From assembly GCA_002483345.1 (NCBI GenBank), contig DLHS01000003.1, forward strand, positions 8,959 through 72,958: a stretch of 64,000 bases of DNA, given 5' to 3'. Each line of letters starts with the position of its first letter. The first letter of the stretch is position 1. A model generated the notes under the pieces. The model was not told the origin of the DNA and made no database searches. It saw only the letters and a list, made by a program, of their open reading frames with translations. This stretch comes from Bacteroidetes bacterium UBA7662 (GTDB taxonomy: Bacteria; Bacteroidota; Bacteroidia; UBA7662). This document shows positions 48,303 to 58,632 of the stretch, piece after piece. Position numbers and translations under genes: made by a program.

Positions 48303-49418
48303 ATGAAAAACAACATGATCATTCTGCTGCTCGGTATAGTACTGACGGCACACAACACCCCCCTCCTGGCACAATCTCAGAAACGTTCGGTAGCTGTTTT
48401 GCACATCGACACCAAAGGTCTTGGTTATGACCCTACCTCCATGGGAAATCTGGTAAGACTGGAGTTGGAAAAAATTGGCGCGTATGAGGTCGTCGACCGT
48501 TATGATGTGGACTACCTGATCAAAAAAAACCAGCTGGATGTCAGTGGCTGCTACGGCAAAATCTGTCTGGTGGAAATCGGTAAACAAATCCGGGTCGACA
48601 AAATGTTCAGCGGCTCGGTAGAACTGGTGGGTGAAAAAATCATTATCCAGCTTCGTATGGTGGATGTACAGTCTGAATCCATCGAATTGTCGAATGTCAA
48701 GGAATTCCTCAATCTACCCAAAAACATACAGGAGATGGTAAATATCACCCTGCTCGAAATGTATGGCAAACCCACCGACAAAGAAATTGAACGTGAACTG
48801 ACTGCCAAAAACGACCTTGAGAATTACCGGAATAATCCCGGCCGCTACCGCCTGCAGAACGATGGTCCGCGCATGGGTTTTACCGTCTTTACCGGCCCGG
48901 TCGTTGGTACCCTGCAGGGCAGCACCATCGATGGGGGTTATGGCTTCAACAATTCCGTGATGTTTCAGTTTGGGTATCAGTTCGAGAAACAGTACCTGAA
49001 CGAAGGTCGTTTCCAGGCACTTTTCGAATTTTTACCTATGATTACGGGTCTCGACAAACGAATGATCATCCCCAGCTTCACCCTCATGAACGGTATACGT
49101 GATAACAAAAGCGGCTGGGAGTTCGGACTCGGCCCTACCTTCAGTGTGGTGCGCTACAAAAAAGGCTTCATCGACCGTCAGGGCAACTGGTTTGATAATC
49201 GGATGGATAATATGGAGTTATACGATTCTCAGCGCTTCGACAGCAGAGGCACTCCTTACCTTAATACGGGTTTCATTCTGGCAGTAGGTAAAACCTTCCG
49301 TTCCGGCAAATTAAATGTCCCTGTGAATGCCTATTGGATCCCTGCTTCGAACGGCTCCAGATTTGGCCTGTCGTTCGGGTTTAACGCGAAAAATGACGAC
49401 CGGTATAAGGATTTGTAA
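48303..49418 (+). CDS. Secreted hypothetical protein (CsgG/TolB-N-like N-domain, beta-rich C-domain)
   Basis: Signal peptide; SVAVLHID...EVVDRYDV...C...CLVEIGKQI.V. pattern; amphipathic strands in the C-terminal half. Confidence 0.62.
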   Translation: MKNNMIILLLGIVLTAHNTPLLAQSQKRSVAVLHIDTKGLGYDPTSMGNLVRLELEKIGAYEVVDRYDVDYLIKKNQLDVSGCYGKICLVEIGKQIRVDKMFSGSVELVGEKIIIQLRMVDVQSESIELSNVKEFLNLPKNIQEMVNITLLEMYGKPTDKEIERELTAKNDLENYRNNPGRYRLQNDGPRMGFTVFTGPVVGTLQGSTIDGGYGFNNSVMFQFGYQFEKQYLNEGRFQALFEFLPMITGLDKRMIIPSFTLMNGIRDNKSGWEFGLGPTFSVVRYKKGFIDRQGNWFDNRMDNMELYDSQRFDSRGTPYLNTGFILAVGKTFRSGKLNVPVNAYWIPASNGSRFGLSFGFNAKNDDRYKDL

Positions 49419-49455
49419 GGGATAGAATCTGTCATTATCTTCTTTATCGAAAAGC

Positions 49456-49486
49456 AAAAAGCCTTAGATTTCTCTAAGGCTTTTTT
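49456..49486. terminator. Bidirectional terminator
   Basis: aaaaa-gccttaga-tttc-tctaaggc-tttttt, between the convergent CDS and tRNA. Confidence 0.85.
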
Positions 49487-49487
49487 G

Positions 49488-49561
49488 CGGTCCGGACGGG
49501 ACTCGAACCCGCGACCCCATGCGTGACAGGCATGTATTCTAACCAACTGAACTACCGAACC
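49488..49561 (-). tRNA. tRNA-Asp(GTC)
   Basis: GGTTCGGTAGTTCAGTTGGTTAGAATACATGCCTGTCACGCATGGGGTCGCGGGTTCGAGTCCCGTCCGGACCG folds as a cloverleaf; CCA not encoded. Confidence 0.97.
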
Positions 49562-49580
49562 TTTGTGCTCATTGGGACTG

Positions 49581-49588
49581 CAAATATA
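49581..49588 (-). promoter_or_regulatory. -7 promoter element for tRNA-Asp
   Basis: TATATTTG on the minus strand, 19 nt upstream of the tRNA. Confidence 0.7.
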
Positions 49589-49619
49589 AAGCTGCAAAGT
49601 ACTTTTGCAACCCTGAAAC

Positions 49620-49649
49620 AAAAAAAATCCCCGCTTTTCAGCGGGGATT
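49620..49649 (-). terminator. Rho-independent terminator
   Basis: aatccccgct-tttc-agcggggatt with T tract on the minus strand. Confidence 0.82.
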
Positions 49650-49668
49650 CGGCTTCTAACCACAGCAA

Positions 49669-50409
49669 CTAGTTGATAGTGACTGTTTTCGTTTTTACAA
49701 CCTCCATGATGCGGTAGATTTTTTTACCATTGAAGTTGTTAGACTCAACCTGATAAGGCGTAACCTGTATCATGCCTGTACCGGCACCTACACTGGCCAT
49801 CTGGGCAGCCGTGAAGTTGCAGGTGGTCTGATTACCGGCTACTGTTTTGGTTACATAGCTGCTGCCTCCAACGACCATACAGATGATGCTGTCGGCATTG
49901 GATACGTTACCCCAGCTCATGACATAGGCAGCGGAGGTGCTGGGTGCAGCACTGGTGATGGCCCAGCTGCTGCCTGGAAAATTCTGCGCAAAAGTAGATA
50001 CTGCAGGGAAAGTTCCTGCACCGGCTACCTCCCAGGGAGTGCCATTCATCCAGTCGATACCACTTGGGTTGGTGACTGAAATAGTGCTGGTGTAAACGTT
50101 GTTGTTGTTTGTCAAGGCCTGACCATCAACTGTCACTGTGCCTACATTGGCCATGGTTGTAAAATTACCGGTGGTATTGGTAAAGAAGGCCGATGCCAGT
50201 CCTACAGGCACATCAATTGGGCCAATAGGGGTTTCGGTGGTGGTAACAGATTCAATGCTTACCAGAACGCCGTCTGCGTCATTGAAATAAAGTGCGGTAT
50301 TGGGGTCACCGGTAACGGGTGTGGGAGCAGGTGTCGGAGCTTCCTCTTCTTTTTTGCAAGAAGACAGCAATACAACACAACAAGCGAAGAGCAACAGGGA
50401 TTTTTTCAT
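49669..50409 (-). CDS. Hypothetical surface lipoprotein
   Basis: Lipobox LSS-C followed by KKEEE, resembling the Bacteroidota surface export signal. Confidence 0.78.
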   Translation of the reverse strand: MKKSLLLFACCVVLLSSCKKEEEAPTPAPTPVTGDPNTALYFNDADGVLVSIESVTTTETPIGPIDVPVGLASAFFTNTTGNFTTMANVGTVTVDGQALTNNNNVYTSTISVTNPSGIDWMNGTPWEVAGAGTFPAVSTFAQNFPGSSWAITSAAPSTSAAYVMSWGNVSNADSIICMVVGGSSYVTKTVAGNQTTCNFTAAQMASVGAGTGMIQVTPYQVESNNFNGKKIYRIMEVVKTKTVTIN

Positions 50410-50497
50410 AGGTTTAATTTTATGGCAAGATCACGCCAAATTACCCCTTGTACAATCCCATCACTGGGGCATTTCCTATACCCTCCGGAGGGTAGCT

Positions 50498-51046
50498 TCA
50501 GAAAATATCCGCTTCTATCTTGATAGCACTGTTGATCCGCAGATTGATCTGATTGCTGTTCAATTCCCGGTTGATGGTTTCAACCCGAAGTGCAAATTTT
50601 TCCTTTTTTACATATTCCTGCAGATCTACACTTTCATCTACAGTAAGGGTAAGTGAACGCAGTCCGGTTTGCGGAATCTCTTCCAGAAAGGCGATGCGTT
50701 TTTCCGGCAAACCGTCGGCTGACAGATAGATGCGAATGGTACGTAAAAAGTCAAAATCTGCGGAGCCTGGCGATTGGATATTTATTTGCAGACTTTCCAT
50801 AAAAGCTGATCTGACCAGCGATGCATCGGTATTATTTGCCTGAAACTCCTGAGCAGAATTGGTTTGAATGTCAGGAGTTGCAACATTGATGGGCAGGTTG
50901 ATCAGGGTACTGCTGGGGATGGTGGCATAGGTCTCCTGCCGTATGGTGAAACGGGTCAGTTCCCTTATTTTCTTACAAGCCGGCAAACTGACAGCGACCA
51001 TGAGGCCTATGATGAAGTAACTAATAATTATACGGTGCTTATACAT
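50498..51046 (-). CDS. Hypothetical lipoprotein
   Basis: Lipobox LPA-CKK; DFDFL..I.IY motif. Confidence 0.72.
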   Translation of the reverse strand: MYKHRIIISYFIIGLMVAVSLPACKKIRELTRFTIRQETYATIPSSTLINLPINVATPDIQTNSAQEFQANNTDASLVRSAFMESLQINIQSPGSADFDFLRTIRIYLSADGLPEKRIAFLEEIPQTGLRSLTLTVDESVDLQEYVKKEKFALRVETINRELNSNQINLRINSAIKIEADIF

Positions 51047-52229
51047 CCTGATTCCTTAAGGTGAAAATCATATTTGTTCCTTCGTTTACGGCACTTTCAA
51101 TGGTCAGCGCCCCATCGTGCCGCACAATAAATTCCCTGGAAAGCAACAAGCCAACGCCTGCTCCTCTTTCTTTAGCGGTACCACGGGTGCTGAAACGGTG
51201 CTCCCATTGCATCAGCTTTGGCAAATCCTGCGGAGAGATGCCGCAACCGGTGTCCTGTACATACAACCTTACGCCGTCCTCCATCTCACTGCCGCCTATG
51301 GTTATCCGGCCACTGGCAGTAAATTTAAGGGCATTGGTCAAAAGATTGCGTAATACAAAAGTAACCATTTGTCTGTCAAGATTTCCTTTAAGGTCTGGCG
51401 CTACCTTATTAACCAACTGCAGTCCTTTGCTTTTAGCCTTCACTTCATGATCTGCCAGCAGTGACGCAACCAAAGGCCGGAGATAGACTGTTTCAGGATA
51501 AAACCCGCCTTCTTTCTGCATGGATCCTGCCCAGCTGAGCATGTTTTCAAGCAATTCACGGCCATTCCCCACCAGCTTGAGCGCATCGGTCAGAATTTCC
51601 TTTAGCTCCTGTGTGTCCGTTTCTGTCGGGTCAATGAACTCCAGCAGTACCTGCAGGCTACTGAGCGGGCCGCGCACATCGTGTGCGATTACTGACAACA
51701 TTTTATTCTGTATATGCGATAACCGGTTCAGTTCATCATTCTGCAACCTGGTTTCCAGCTGTTTTACGACTTGTCTGCCCAGGGTGGCTATGGCTTTTTT
51801 CTGAAGATCGGTAAGCTTGCGTGGCACCCTGTCAATCACACAGAGTGTCCCCAGTTTGAAACCCTCCGGGTTTACCAGGGGCATACCAGCATAAAAACGG
51901 ATGTTGGGATCACCGGTAACAAGTGGGTTGTCGAAAAAACGTTCGTCCTGTTGCGCATCTTCTATTTCCATAATCGCTTCATCATGGATGGCATGTGCAC
52001 AAAAAGAGGTATCTCTGGGAGTACCAGGCAATGAAAGGCCAATTTTGGCCTTAAACCATTGCCTGTCGTCGTCAATCAGCGTTATCAGGGAAATCGGCAC
52101 CTCACATATTTCTGAAGCCAGCTGTACCAGTTCATCATATTCAAGCTCAGGGTCAGTATCGAGTACTTTGTATTGGCGAAGTGCCTGGAGTCGCTCTTTT
52201 TCATTGCCTGGTTTGGGCGCTGCAATCAT
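51039..52229 (-). CDS. GAF-domain sensor histidine kinase
   Basis: GAF (RQWFKA, SFCAHAI, IRFYAG.PL, GTLCVID), H-box AHDVRGP, NLLTNALKF, DTGCG, GAGVGL. Confidence 0.93.
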   Translation of the reverse strand: MIAAPKPGNEKERLQALRQYKVLDTDPELEYDELVQLASEICEVPISLITLIDDDRQWFKAKIGLSLPGTPRDTSFCAHAIHDEAIMEIEDAQQDERFFDNPLVTGDPNIRFYAGMPLVNPEGFKLGTLCVIDRVPRKLTDLQKKAIATLGRQVVKQLETRLQNDELNRLSHIQNKMLSVIAHDVRGPLSSLQVLLEFIDPTETDTQELKEILTDALKLVGNGRELLENMLSWAGSMQKEGGFYPETVYLRPLVASLLADHEVKAKSKGLQLVNKVAPDLKGNLDRQMVTFVLRNLLTNALKFTASGRITIGGSEMEDGVRLYVQDTGCGISPQDLPKLMQWEHRFSTRGTAKERGAGVGLLLSREFIVRHDGALTIESAVNEGTNMIFTLRNQDV

Positions 52230-52516
52230 ATGGTAAGTTTTGATAGTTCAGGGGATATTTATACTTACGATAAAAATATTTATTCGGTTCTAAAGGTAGA
52301 TGAATTTGGTCTTTGCCCTATATGTCAGGTCCATTCAGGCTGTTTTTTGCCTTTGATGAGATTAAAACGCTGCCCTTACTGCACGGTACTTTGAGTCCAC
52401 TGCCGGCTATACAGCCTTACCATCGCGGGTGAAGTCGACCCTGCTTCCCCCCTTCGCATGAAATCTCACGGTCGAAATAAGCCAGAATGTCTATATTCGC
52501 AGGTCAAAGTAAGCTT

Positions 52517-53467
52517 ATGATTTTCCTCGATTTCGAAAAGCCCATACAGGAGTTATATCAGGAACTGGAAAAGCTCCAGGAAATCCAAGAGAAGGGCAAA
52601 TCAGATGTTTCGGCATCGATTGCAGCCCTGGAAAAACAGATACTCGAAGAGAAAACCAAACTTTACACTGGGCTCACCGGCTGGCAGAAAGTACAGGTTT
52701 CGCGTCACATGGAGCGTCCCTACACGCTTTATTATGTGAACCAGATGTGCAGCGACTTCATGGAGCTTTATGGTGATCGTAATATCCGTGACGACAAAGC
52801 CATTGTAGGTGGTTTTGCCAGCCTGGAAGGCCGTACTGTCATGTTTATTGGCCACCAGAAGGGCATCAATACCAAAATGCGACAATACCGCAACTTCGGG
52901 ATGGCCAACCCGGAAGGTTACCGGAAGGCACTCCGGCTGATGAAAATGGCTGAGAAATTCAATAAACCAATTGTCACCTTTATAGATACACCCGGTGCCT
53001 ATCCCGGCATTGAAGGGGAAGAACGCGGACAGGCTGAAGCCATTGCCCGCAACATACGGGATATGTTTATGCTGAAGGTACCGGTGATTTGTATCATCGT
53101 GGGAGAAGGTGCTTCTGGCGGCGCGATTGGTATAGGCGTAGGCGACCGTGTATTTATGCTGGCCAACACCTGGTATTCGGTTATTTCACCTGAATCCTGC
53201 TCTTCTATCCTGTGGCGCAGCTGGGATTACAAAGAAACCGCTGCAGAAGCCCTCAAGCTTACTGCCGACCACATGCTCGCCAATGGATTAATTGACGGAA
53301 TCATAGAAGAACCTATCGGCGGTGCTCATGCTGAGCCTGAAGCCATGGCTGCCATACTCAAGGCAAAACTCATCAGCACCCTCGACGAACTCGAAAAACA
53401 AACTCCTGATGCACGTATCACCAGCCGGATTGATAAGTTCTGCCGGATGGGCGTGATTAATGAATAA
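52517..53467 (+). CDS. accA: Acetyl-CoA carboxylase carboxyltransferase alpha subunit
   Basis: [37 protein letters not shown]. Confidence 0.97.
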   Translation: MIFLDFEKPIQELYQELEKLQEIQEKGKSDVSASIAALEKQILEEKTKLYTGLTGWQKVQVSRHMERPYTLYYVNQMCSDFMELYGDRNIRDDKAIVGGFASLEGRTVMFIGHQKGINTKMRQYRNFGMANPEGYRKALRLMKMAEKFNKPIVTFIDTPGAYPGIEGEERGQAEAIARNIRDMFMLKVPVICIIVGEGASGGAIGIGVGDRVFMLANTWYSVISPESCSSILWRSWDYKETAAEALKLTADHMLANGLIDGIIEEPIGGAHAEPEAMAAILKAKLISTLDELEKQTPDARITSRIDKFCRMGVINE

Positions 53468-53474
53468 TGTTCTT

Positions 53475-53808
53475 TAAATGGGTAAAACGGATTAAACGGT
53501 AAAACGGGTTAAACGGTAAAACGGATTAAACGGTAAAACGGATTAAACGGGTAAAATGGCTAAACGGGTTAAACGGGGTCGCCTGGCGGCTAATCGTGTA
53601 GGGATGCGTGTTTGACAACCCTTTCGTACACCACTCCTCCTTGCGGTTAACCCCTCATCCCGAACCTGATTATCCCCATTTAATCCAAAACACCATTTAA
53701 ATGTTTCCCCTTTTGCCCTTTTACCGTTTAGCCATTGCCATTTAACCCGTTTTACCGTTTAATCCGTTTAACCCGTTTAGCCATTTTACCCTTTTACCCC
53801 TTTACCCT
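53475..53808. repeat. Inverted 8/9-mer arrays (TAAACGG(G)T left arm 53475-53578; ACCCGTTTA-type right arm 53707-53808)
   Basis: About 12 units per arm. 53549-53576 is the exact reverse complement of 53764-53791. Confidence 0.93.
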
Positions 53809-53835
53809 AAAAAAAACCAGATCGCCAGCCCGATG

Positions 53836-55158
53836 TTATCTGTTAAACAGAAACTTTACATCCAGCAGCTTACCATTGGCGGGCAGTGTTAACGGCACCC
53901 CATTCACGGGCTCAATCCTGATGACAGATGGAGAAATGTGGCCGTCGTAATGCACCAACCAGTTCAGGCGTGCATCTGAAACGGTTGCGGTTTCTTTATT
54001 CATATGCGTGGTAAGCAGATTACCCTCAAGGGCGTAGGTATATGCCTGATCAGTGGCCAGCAGATTGAATCTGGAAGAATTGAGGTAGCCGTCTTTCATG
54101 ACTCTTTCAATTTTCTCCGTTTCCGGTAATTCCCTTACAGTAACCAGTAAATTGCTGCTGAAGTAGTATCGGATAATTACCCCGCGCTGTCCCCTGTTTC
54201 CGAAAAAAATCAGGCTGTTTTCGCTTTCCTCCACCACATGTACCGGCTCAAAATCAACAGAACGGCTGATGATTACGCCTTTATTTACCGGATGTATCAT
54301 TTTAAGATGGTATTGTTCCGGGTTGCTCCTTTGCTGCTCCACAAGCAGCAAATGATCAGGAAGCCGGTGTACAAAAACGGGGGTAGCCGTGGATGGACTC
54401 TGATACTGAAAAACCTGCTGCAGATTGCGAGAAAAACCAAGTATCAGGCCACTTTCGAGTGCCGCGTATACCATGTCTCCGTCTGCTGAATGTACAGACG
54501 CCACAGCTGTCTGAGAAGGAGAAACAGGGACTGTCCTCACCTGATCCATGGCGGGAAGATCCAGCACCCTGAGGCTCGCCTGACTCGCAGGAAAACCTAC
54601 AAAAGAACCTCCGGCTGCCAACGCCGCACCACCTGCATAATTACCGGCCAGCACATGTGTCTGAATACTGAAATCAGGCCTTACCAGGGTAGCCTGACAA
54701 ACATTCCCCTCCTGGCTGATCACAATCATTGCCTTGAATGCCAGCGGTGTCTCTGTGAGACTGACCGGCAGAAATTTCCGGGCTTCAGACTCACCATTAG
54801 AAGCGGTAAAGACCACATAATAATCACCCGACCTTAGTAAATCGCTGGTTACGGCGAGTCGGAGTTCCTGCATGGTGACTGTTTCACCCTGCAGGGTAAC
54901 TTCGTGGACCGGACCTACCCGGTTAAAACCGGCATCCACGAGTGAAAGACTCAGATACCGGAGGCCGGCAGGATCGTTCGCCTTTACTGTAAGTGCAAGT
55001 GTATCCGGTAATTGCATGGCCAGCGATGTGGCTTCCGTTACAAATTGCAGTTGTGGCGGGCTGAGGGGACCGGTATCTTTTTTACAGGCGGTTGCTGATA
55101 AAATCAGCAAGCCTGCCCAAAGCAAGCCGTGCTTCAATAAATTTGTAGATTGGCTCAT
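53836..55158 (-). CDS. Hypothetical lipoprotein
   Basis: Lipobox ATA-CKKD; 440-aa ORF filling the gap. Confidence 0.7.
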   Translation of the reverse strand: MSQSTNLLKHGLLWAGLLILSATACKKDTGPLSPPQLQFVTEATSLAMQLPDTLALTVKANDPAGLRYLSLSLVDAGFNRVGPVHEVTLQGETVTMQELRLAVTSDLLRSGDYYVVFTASNGESEARKFLPVSLTETPLAFKAMIVISQEGNVCQATLVRPDFSIQTHVLAGNYAGGAALAAGGSFVGFPASQASLRVLDLPAMDQVRTVPVSPSQTAVASVHSADGDMVYAALESGLILGFSRNLQQVFQYQSPSTATPVFVHRLPDHLLLVEQQRSNPEQYHLKMIHPVNKGVIISRSVDFEPVHVVEESENSLIFFGNRGQRGVIIRYYFSSNLLVTVRELPETEKIERVMKDGYLNSSRFNLLATDQAYTYALEGNLLTTHMNKETATVSDARLNWLVHYDGHISPSVIRIEPVNGVPLTLPANGKLLDVKFLFNR

Positions 55159-55173
55159 GTACTAAGATACAAA

Positions 55174-57198
55174 ATGGCAGATAAAAAAACACAAAGCGAT
55201 ATAGATGTCCGGGCGCAAATAGATGCACTGACCTTGGAACTGGAACAGCATAACTACCAATACTATGTGCTCGACCGGCCGACCATCAGCGATCAGGCGT
55301 TTGATATGCTGTTGAAAAGACTGGAAAAGCTTGAATCCGAGTATCCGCAATTCAGGCATCCTGACTCCCCTACACAACGGGTAGGGGGTGCTCCGATTAA
55401 AAAGTTTACATCTGTCAGACACAAATATCCCATGCTTTCGCTGGGAAATACCTATTCTGAGGCCGATTTGACAGAATTCGACCAACGCATACAGAAAACC
55501 CTTGAACAGCCTTACAGCTACGTAGGTGAGTTGAAATTTGATGGTGTAGCCATCAGTCTGACCTATGAAAAGGGCAAACTGATCCAGGCTGTGACCCGGG
55601 GAGACGGACAAACCGGTGACATTGTCACAGACAATATACGCACCATCCGTTCCATTCCGCTGCGGTTGCAAGGCAGTGGCTACCCCGATCTGTTCGAAAT
55701 CCGTGGGGAGGTCTTTATCCATCGCAAAGACTTTGAAGCCTTGAATGAACAACGTCTGGAGGCCGGAGAAGAGCCCTATGCCAATCCACGGAACTTTGCT
55801 TCAGGAACCCTGAAACTACTCAATTCCAAAGAGGTCAGCAAACGTAAACTCGACTGCTTCCTCTATTATATGAACATGGACGAAGTCCTTTTCGCTACCC
55901 ACAGCGAGAGTCTGGCGGCTGCCAAAAGCTGGGGTTTTAAGATATGTGAACACAGCACTGCACCAACCAACCTGACCGGTATACTGAACTTTATCCACCA
56001 CTGGGAAAACGCCCGCGACCAACTTTCTTTCGATATTGACGGCATCGTGCTGAAGATTGATAATTACAAGCAAAGAGACGAGCTTGGCTTCACGGCCAAA
56101 AATCCACGCTGGGCCATCTCTTACAAATACAAACCCAAAAGTGCGAGTACCTTGCTCGAAACAATCGGCTATCAGGTAGGCCGCACCGGTGCTGTAACAC
56201 CAGTAGCCCACCTCAGGCCTGTGCTGCTGGCAGGTACGGTCGTAAAACGTGCTTCCCTCTACAATGCCGATGAAATTGAACGCCTTGACTTACATGAGGG
56301 TGATACTGTTTTTGTAGAAAAAGGAGGAGAAATCATCCCCAAAGTGACAGCAGTAGATCTGACCAAACGTTTACCCGGCTCCAGGTCATATTCCTATATT
56401 CCTGTTTGTCCGGACTGTGGCACTGCCCTGGTAAGGCGTGAAGGGGAGGCCATACACTATTGTCCCAATGAAAGTGGCTGCCCTCCCCAGCAACTGGGAA
56501 AGCTGGAGCACTTTGTAGCCCGCAAGGCCATGGACATACAGGCCATCGGCAAAGAAACGCTGCAACAGTTTGTACAGGCTGGTTTAATCAGAAATTACGC
56601 CGACCTCTATCTGCTTAAAGCCGATCAACTGGCAGGTTTGGAGCGTATGGGTGAAAAGACGATCCAAAACATTCTCCAGGGTATTGAAGCGTCGAAAAAG
56701 ATCCCTTATGAAAGGGTACTGTTTGCTCTTGGTATCAGACTTGTAGGTGAAACAGTGGCTAAAACCCTGGCGAGGGAGTTTAACAGCACCGATGCCCTGG
56801 CTGCGGCAACTTTTGAAGAACTTACAGCCATTCATGAAATCGGTGACCGGATTGCACAAAATGTCGTTGCCTGGTTTCAGGAGGATGCCAACAAAACCAG
56901 CTTAGCCATTCTGCAGGAAGCCGGTGTTCAGCTTTCCGGTTCCTATGAGAAAACAGCAAATATAAGTGAGGCCCTGTCGGGTAAAAACTTTGTGGTGAGC
57001 GGTGTATTTGAGCGGTATGAAAGAGATGCCCTCAAAAAACTTATTGAATCACATGGCGGCAAGGTACAAAGTGGTGTCAACGCCAAAACCGATTTCGTGG
57101 TTGCCGGAGCTAATATGGGGCCCAGTAAACTTGCCAAAGCAGAGGCGTTGAAAATAACCATACTTGACGAGCCAGCCTTTGAAGCCCTCCTGCCATGA
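55174..57198 (+). CDS. ligA: NAD-dependent DNA ligase
   Basis: ELKFDG, TRGDG, EIRGEV, VGRTG, zinc finger CPDC...C...C, BRCT domain. Confidence 0.97.
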   Translation: MADKKTQSDIDVRAQIDALTLELEQHNYQYYVLDRPTISDQAFDMLLKRLEKLESEYPQFRHPDSPTQRVGGAPIKKFTSVRHKYPMLSLGNTYSEADLTEFDQRIQKTLEQPYSYVGELKFDGVAISLTYEKGKLIQAVTRGDGQTGDIVTDNIRTIRSIPLRLQGSGYPDLFEIRGEVFIHRKDFEALNEQRLEAGEEPYANPRNFASGTLKLLNSKEVSKRKLDCFLYYMNMDEVLFATHSESLAAAKSWGFKICEHSTAPTNLTGILNFIHHWENARDQLSFDIDGIVLKIDNYKQRDELGFTAKNPRWAISYKYKPKSASTLLETIGYQVGRTGAVTPVAHLRPVLLAGTVVKRASLYNADEIERLDLHEGDTVFVEKGGEIIPKVTAVDLTKRLPGSRSYSYIPVCPDCGTALVRREGEAIHYCPNESGCPPQQLGKLEHFVARKAMDIQAIGKETLQQFVQAGLIRNYADLYLLKADQLAGLERMGEKTIQNILQGIEASKKIPYERVLFALGIRLVGETVAKTLAREFNSTDALAAATFEELTAIHEIGDRIAQNVVAWFQEDANKTSLAILQEAGVQLSGSYEKTANISEALSGKNFVVSGVFERYERDALKKLIESHGGKVQSGVNAKTDFVVAGANMGPSKLAKAEALKITILDEPAFEALLP

Positions 57199-57731
57199 TA
57201 TATCCTTTACGCATTCGTAACTGGCTTTGGAAACGGTCCATGCAGCAATTGGTGCAAAGTCAACGGCACCCTACGCTGCCGGAAGGATTTTCACCAAAAC
57301 GTTGTATCCTGCTCTATCCTGCCGATGATGCAGCCTGGAGCCTGCTGGTAACACAAAAACATCCCTTGTGGTCGGATGGACAGCGCGACTTTGCCTTCAT
57401 TGGTTATCTGCCTGGTAAACACAAAGAACTGCCTCAGGGCCTGCCACCTTTCCACCTGCTTCTGGATACGGATCTGGAGCAGGATTTCAGCTCAGCTAAA
57501 ACATGGCTGCAACGTTGGCAACAGCCTGCTGATTTGCTGTTGATTGCCAATCCCGCTGCTTCCAGGCCACTTCTGCATCTCTCCGCCAGATTACCGGCAA
57601 TTTTCAGAGGCAGTCTATATGAAACAGAATTTGGCGAACTTTACCAACTCATATTATCGTCGGGTGCCGAAAAACCCGCTGAGCGACTTGACGAACTTTT
57701 ACACTATCTCCAAAAAATAATGAAGCTATGA
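57195..57731 (+). CDS. Hypothetical protein
   Basis: ATGA overlaps with both ligA and dapA. Confidence 0.65.
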   Translation: MIYPLRIRNWLWKRSMQQLVQSQRHPTLPEGFSPKRCILLYPADDAAWSLLVTQKHPLWSDGQRDFAFIGYLPGKHKELPQGLPPFHLLLDTDLEQDFSSAKTWLQRWQQPADLLLIANPAASRPLLHLSARLPAIFRGSLYETEFGELYQLILSSGAEKPAERLDELLHYLQKIMKL

Positions 57732-58606
57732 ATTTCAATTACAGCGGCACCGGCGTCGCACTGGTCACTCCTTTTCATCCTGATGGCAAAATAGACTTCG
57801 TTTCCCTGAAAAAGGTGGTAAATCATGTGGTTGCCGGAGAGGTCGATTTTCTGGTCGCGCTGGGCACCACAGGAGAAACCCCTGCACTGAGCAAACACGA
57901 CCGTATGGAGGTCACACAGGCGATACTGGAAGCCAATGCCGGCCGTAAACCAGTAGTTCTGGGCATGGGAGGCAACGACACAGCAGAGTTGCTCGACTAC
58001 CTCCAGGCTTTTGATATGAAAGGCATCAGTGCCTTGCTGTCGGTTACCCCCTACTACAACAAACCCAGCCAGGAGGGCCTCTACCAGCATTACAAAGCCA
58101 TGCTGAGCGCTACCGACCTTCCTGTTATCCTTTACAATGTCCCTCCCCGTACGGCCTGTAACCTGAAGGCAGAGACCACGCTCCGGCTGGCCAATGATTT
58201 CAAACAGATTGTGGCTATAAAAGAAGCCAGTGGTGATATGCAACAGATAATGCAGATACTGATGCAACGCCCGCAGGGTTTCAAAGTGCTTTCAGGAGAT
58301 GATCTGCTCACCCTGCCTATGATCAGTCTGGGGGCGGAGGGTGTAATTTCCGTGATTGGCAATGCCTACCCGAAAACCTTCAGCGATATGACCCGTGCTG
58401 CCCTGGCAGGTAACTGGGAGGAGGCCCGTCGTTTGCATTACGGTTTGCTGCCGATGATGCATTTAATTGTCGAGGAAGGCAATCCAACCGGCGTTAAAGC
58501 GGCCATGCACGTACAAGGTCTGTTGCAAAACGAACTGCGTCTGCCCCTGATTGCCTCCAGCAGCTCATTGCTCAGCCGGATACAAGCTGCCCACAGCAAA
58601 TACTGA
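57728..58606 (+). CDS. dapA: 4-hydroxy-tetrahydrodipicolinate synthase
   Basis: ALVTPF, GTTGE, PYYNKP, YNVP.RT, IKEASG, SGDD. Confidence 0.96.
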   Translation: MNFNYSGTGVALVTPFHPDGKIDFVSLKKVVNHVVAGEVDFLVALGTTGETPALSKHDRMEVTQAILEANAGRKPVVLGMGGNDTAELLDYLQAFDMKGISALLSVTPYYNKPSQEGLYQHYKAMLSATDLPVILYNVPPRTACNLKAETTLRLANDFKQIVAIKEASGDMQQIMQILMQRPQGFKVLSGDDLLTLPMISLGAEGVISVIGNAYPKTFSDMTRAALAGNWEEARRLHYGLLPMMHLIVEEGNPTGVKAAMHVQGLLQNELRLPLIASSSSLLSRIQAAHSKY

Positions 58607-58632
58607 GCAGTTGATACTTTTTGGTATAAAAC

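Noticed and set aside
49488-49561. tRNA-anchored genomic island
   Set aside because: No integrase and no duplicated tRNA 3' end was noticed; a terminator follows directly.
53735-53950. 71-aa ORF
   Set aside because: Translation of the 9-mer array, antisense to a longer gene.
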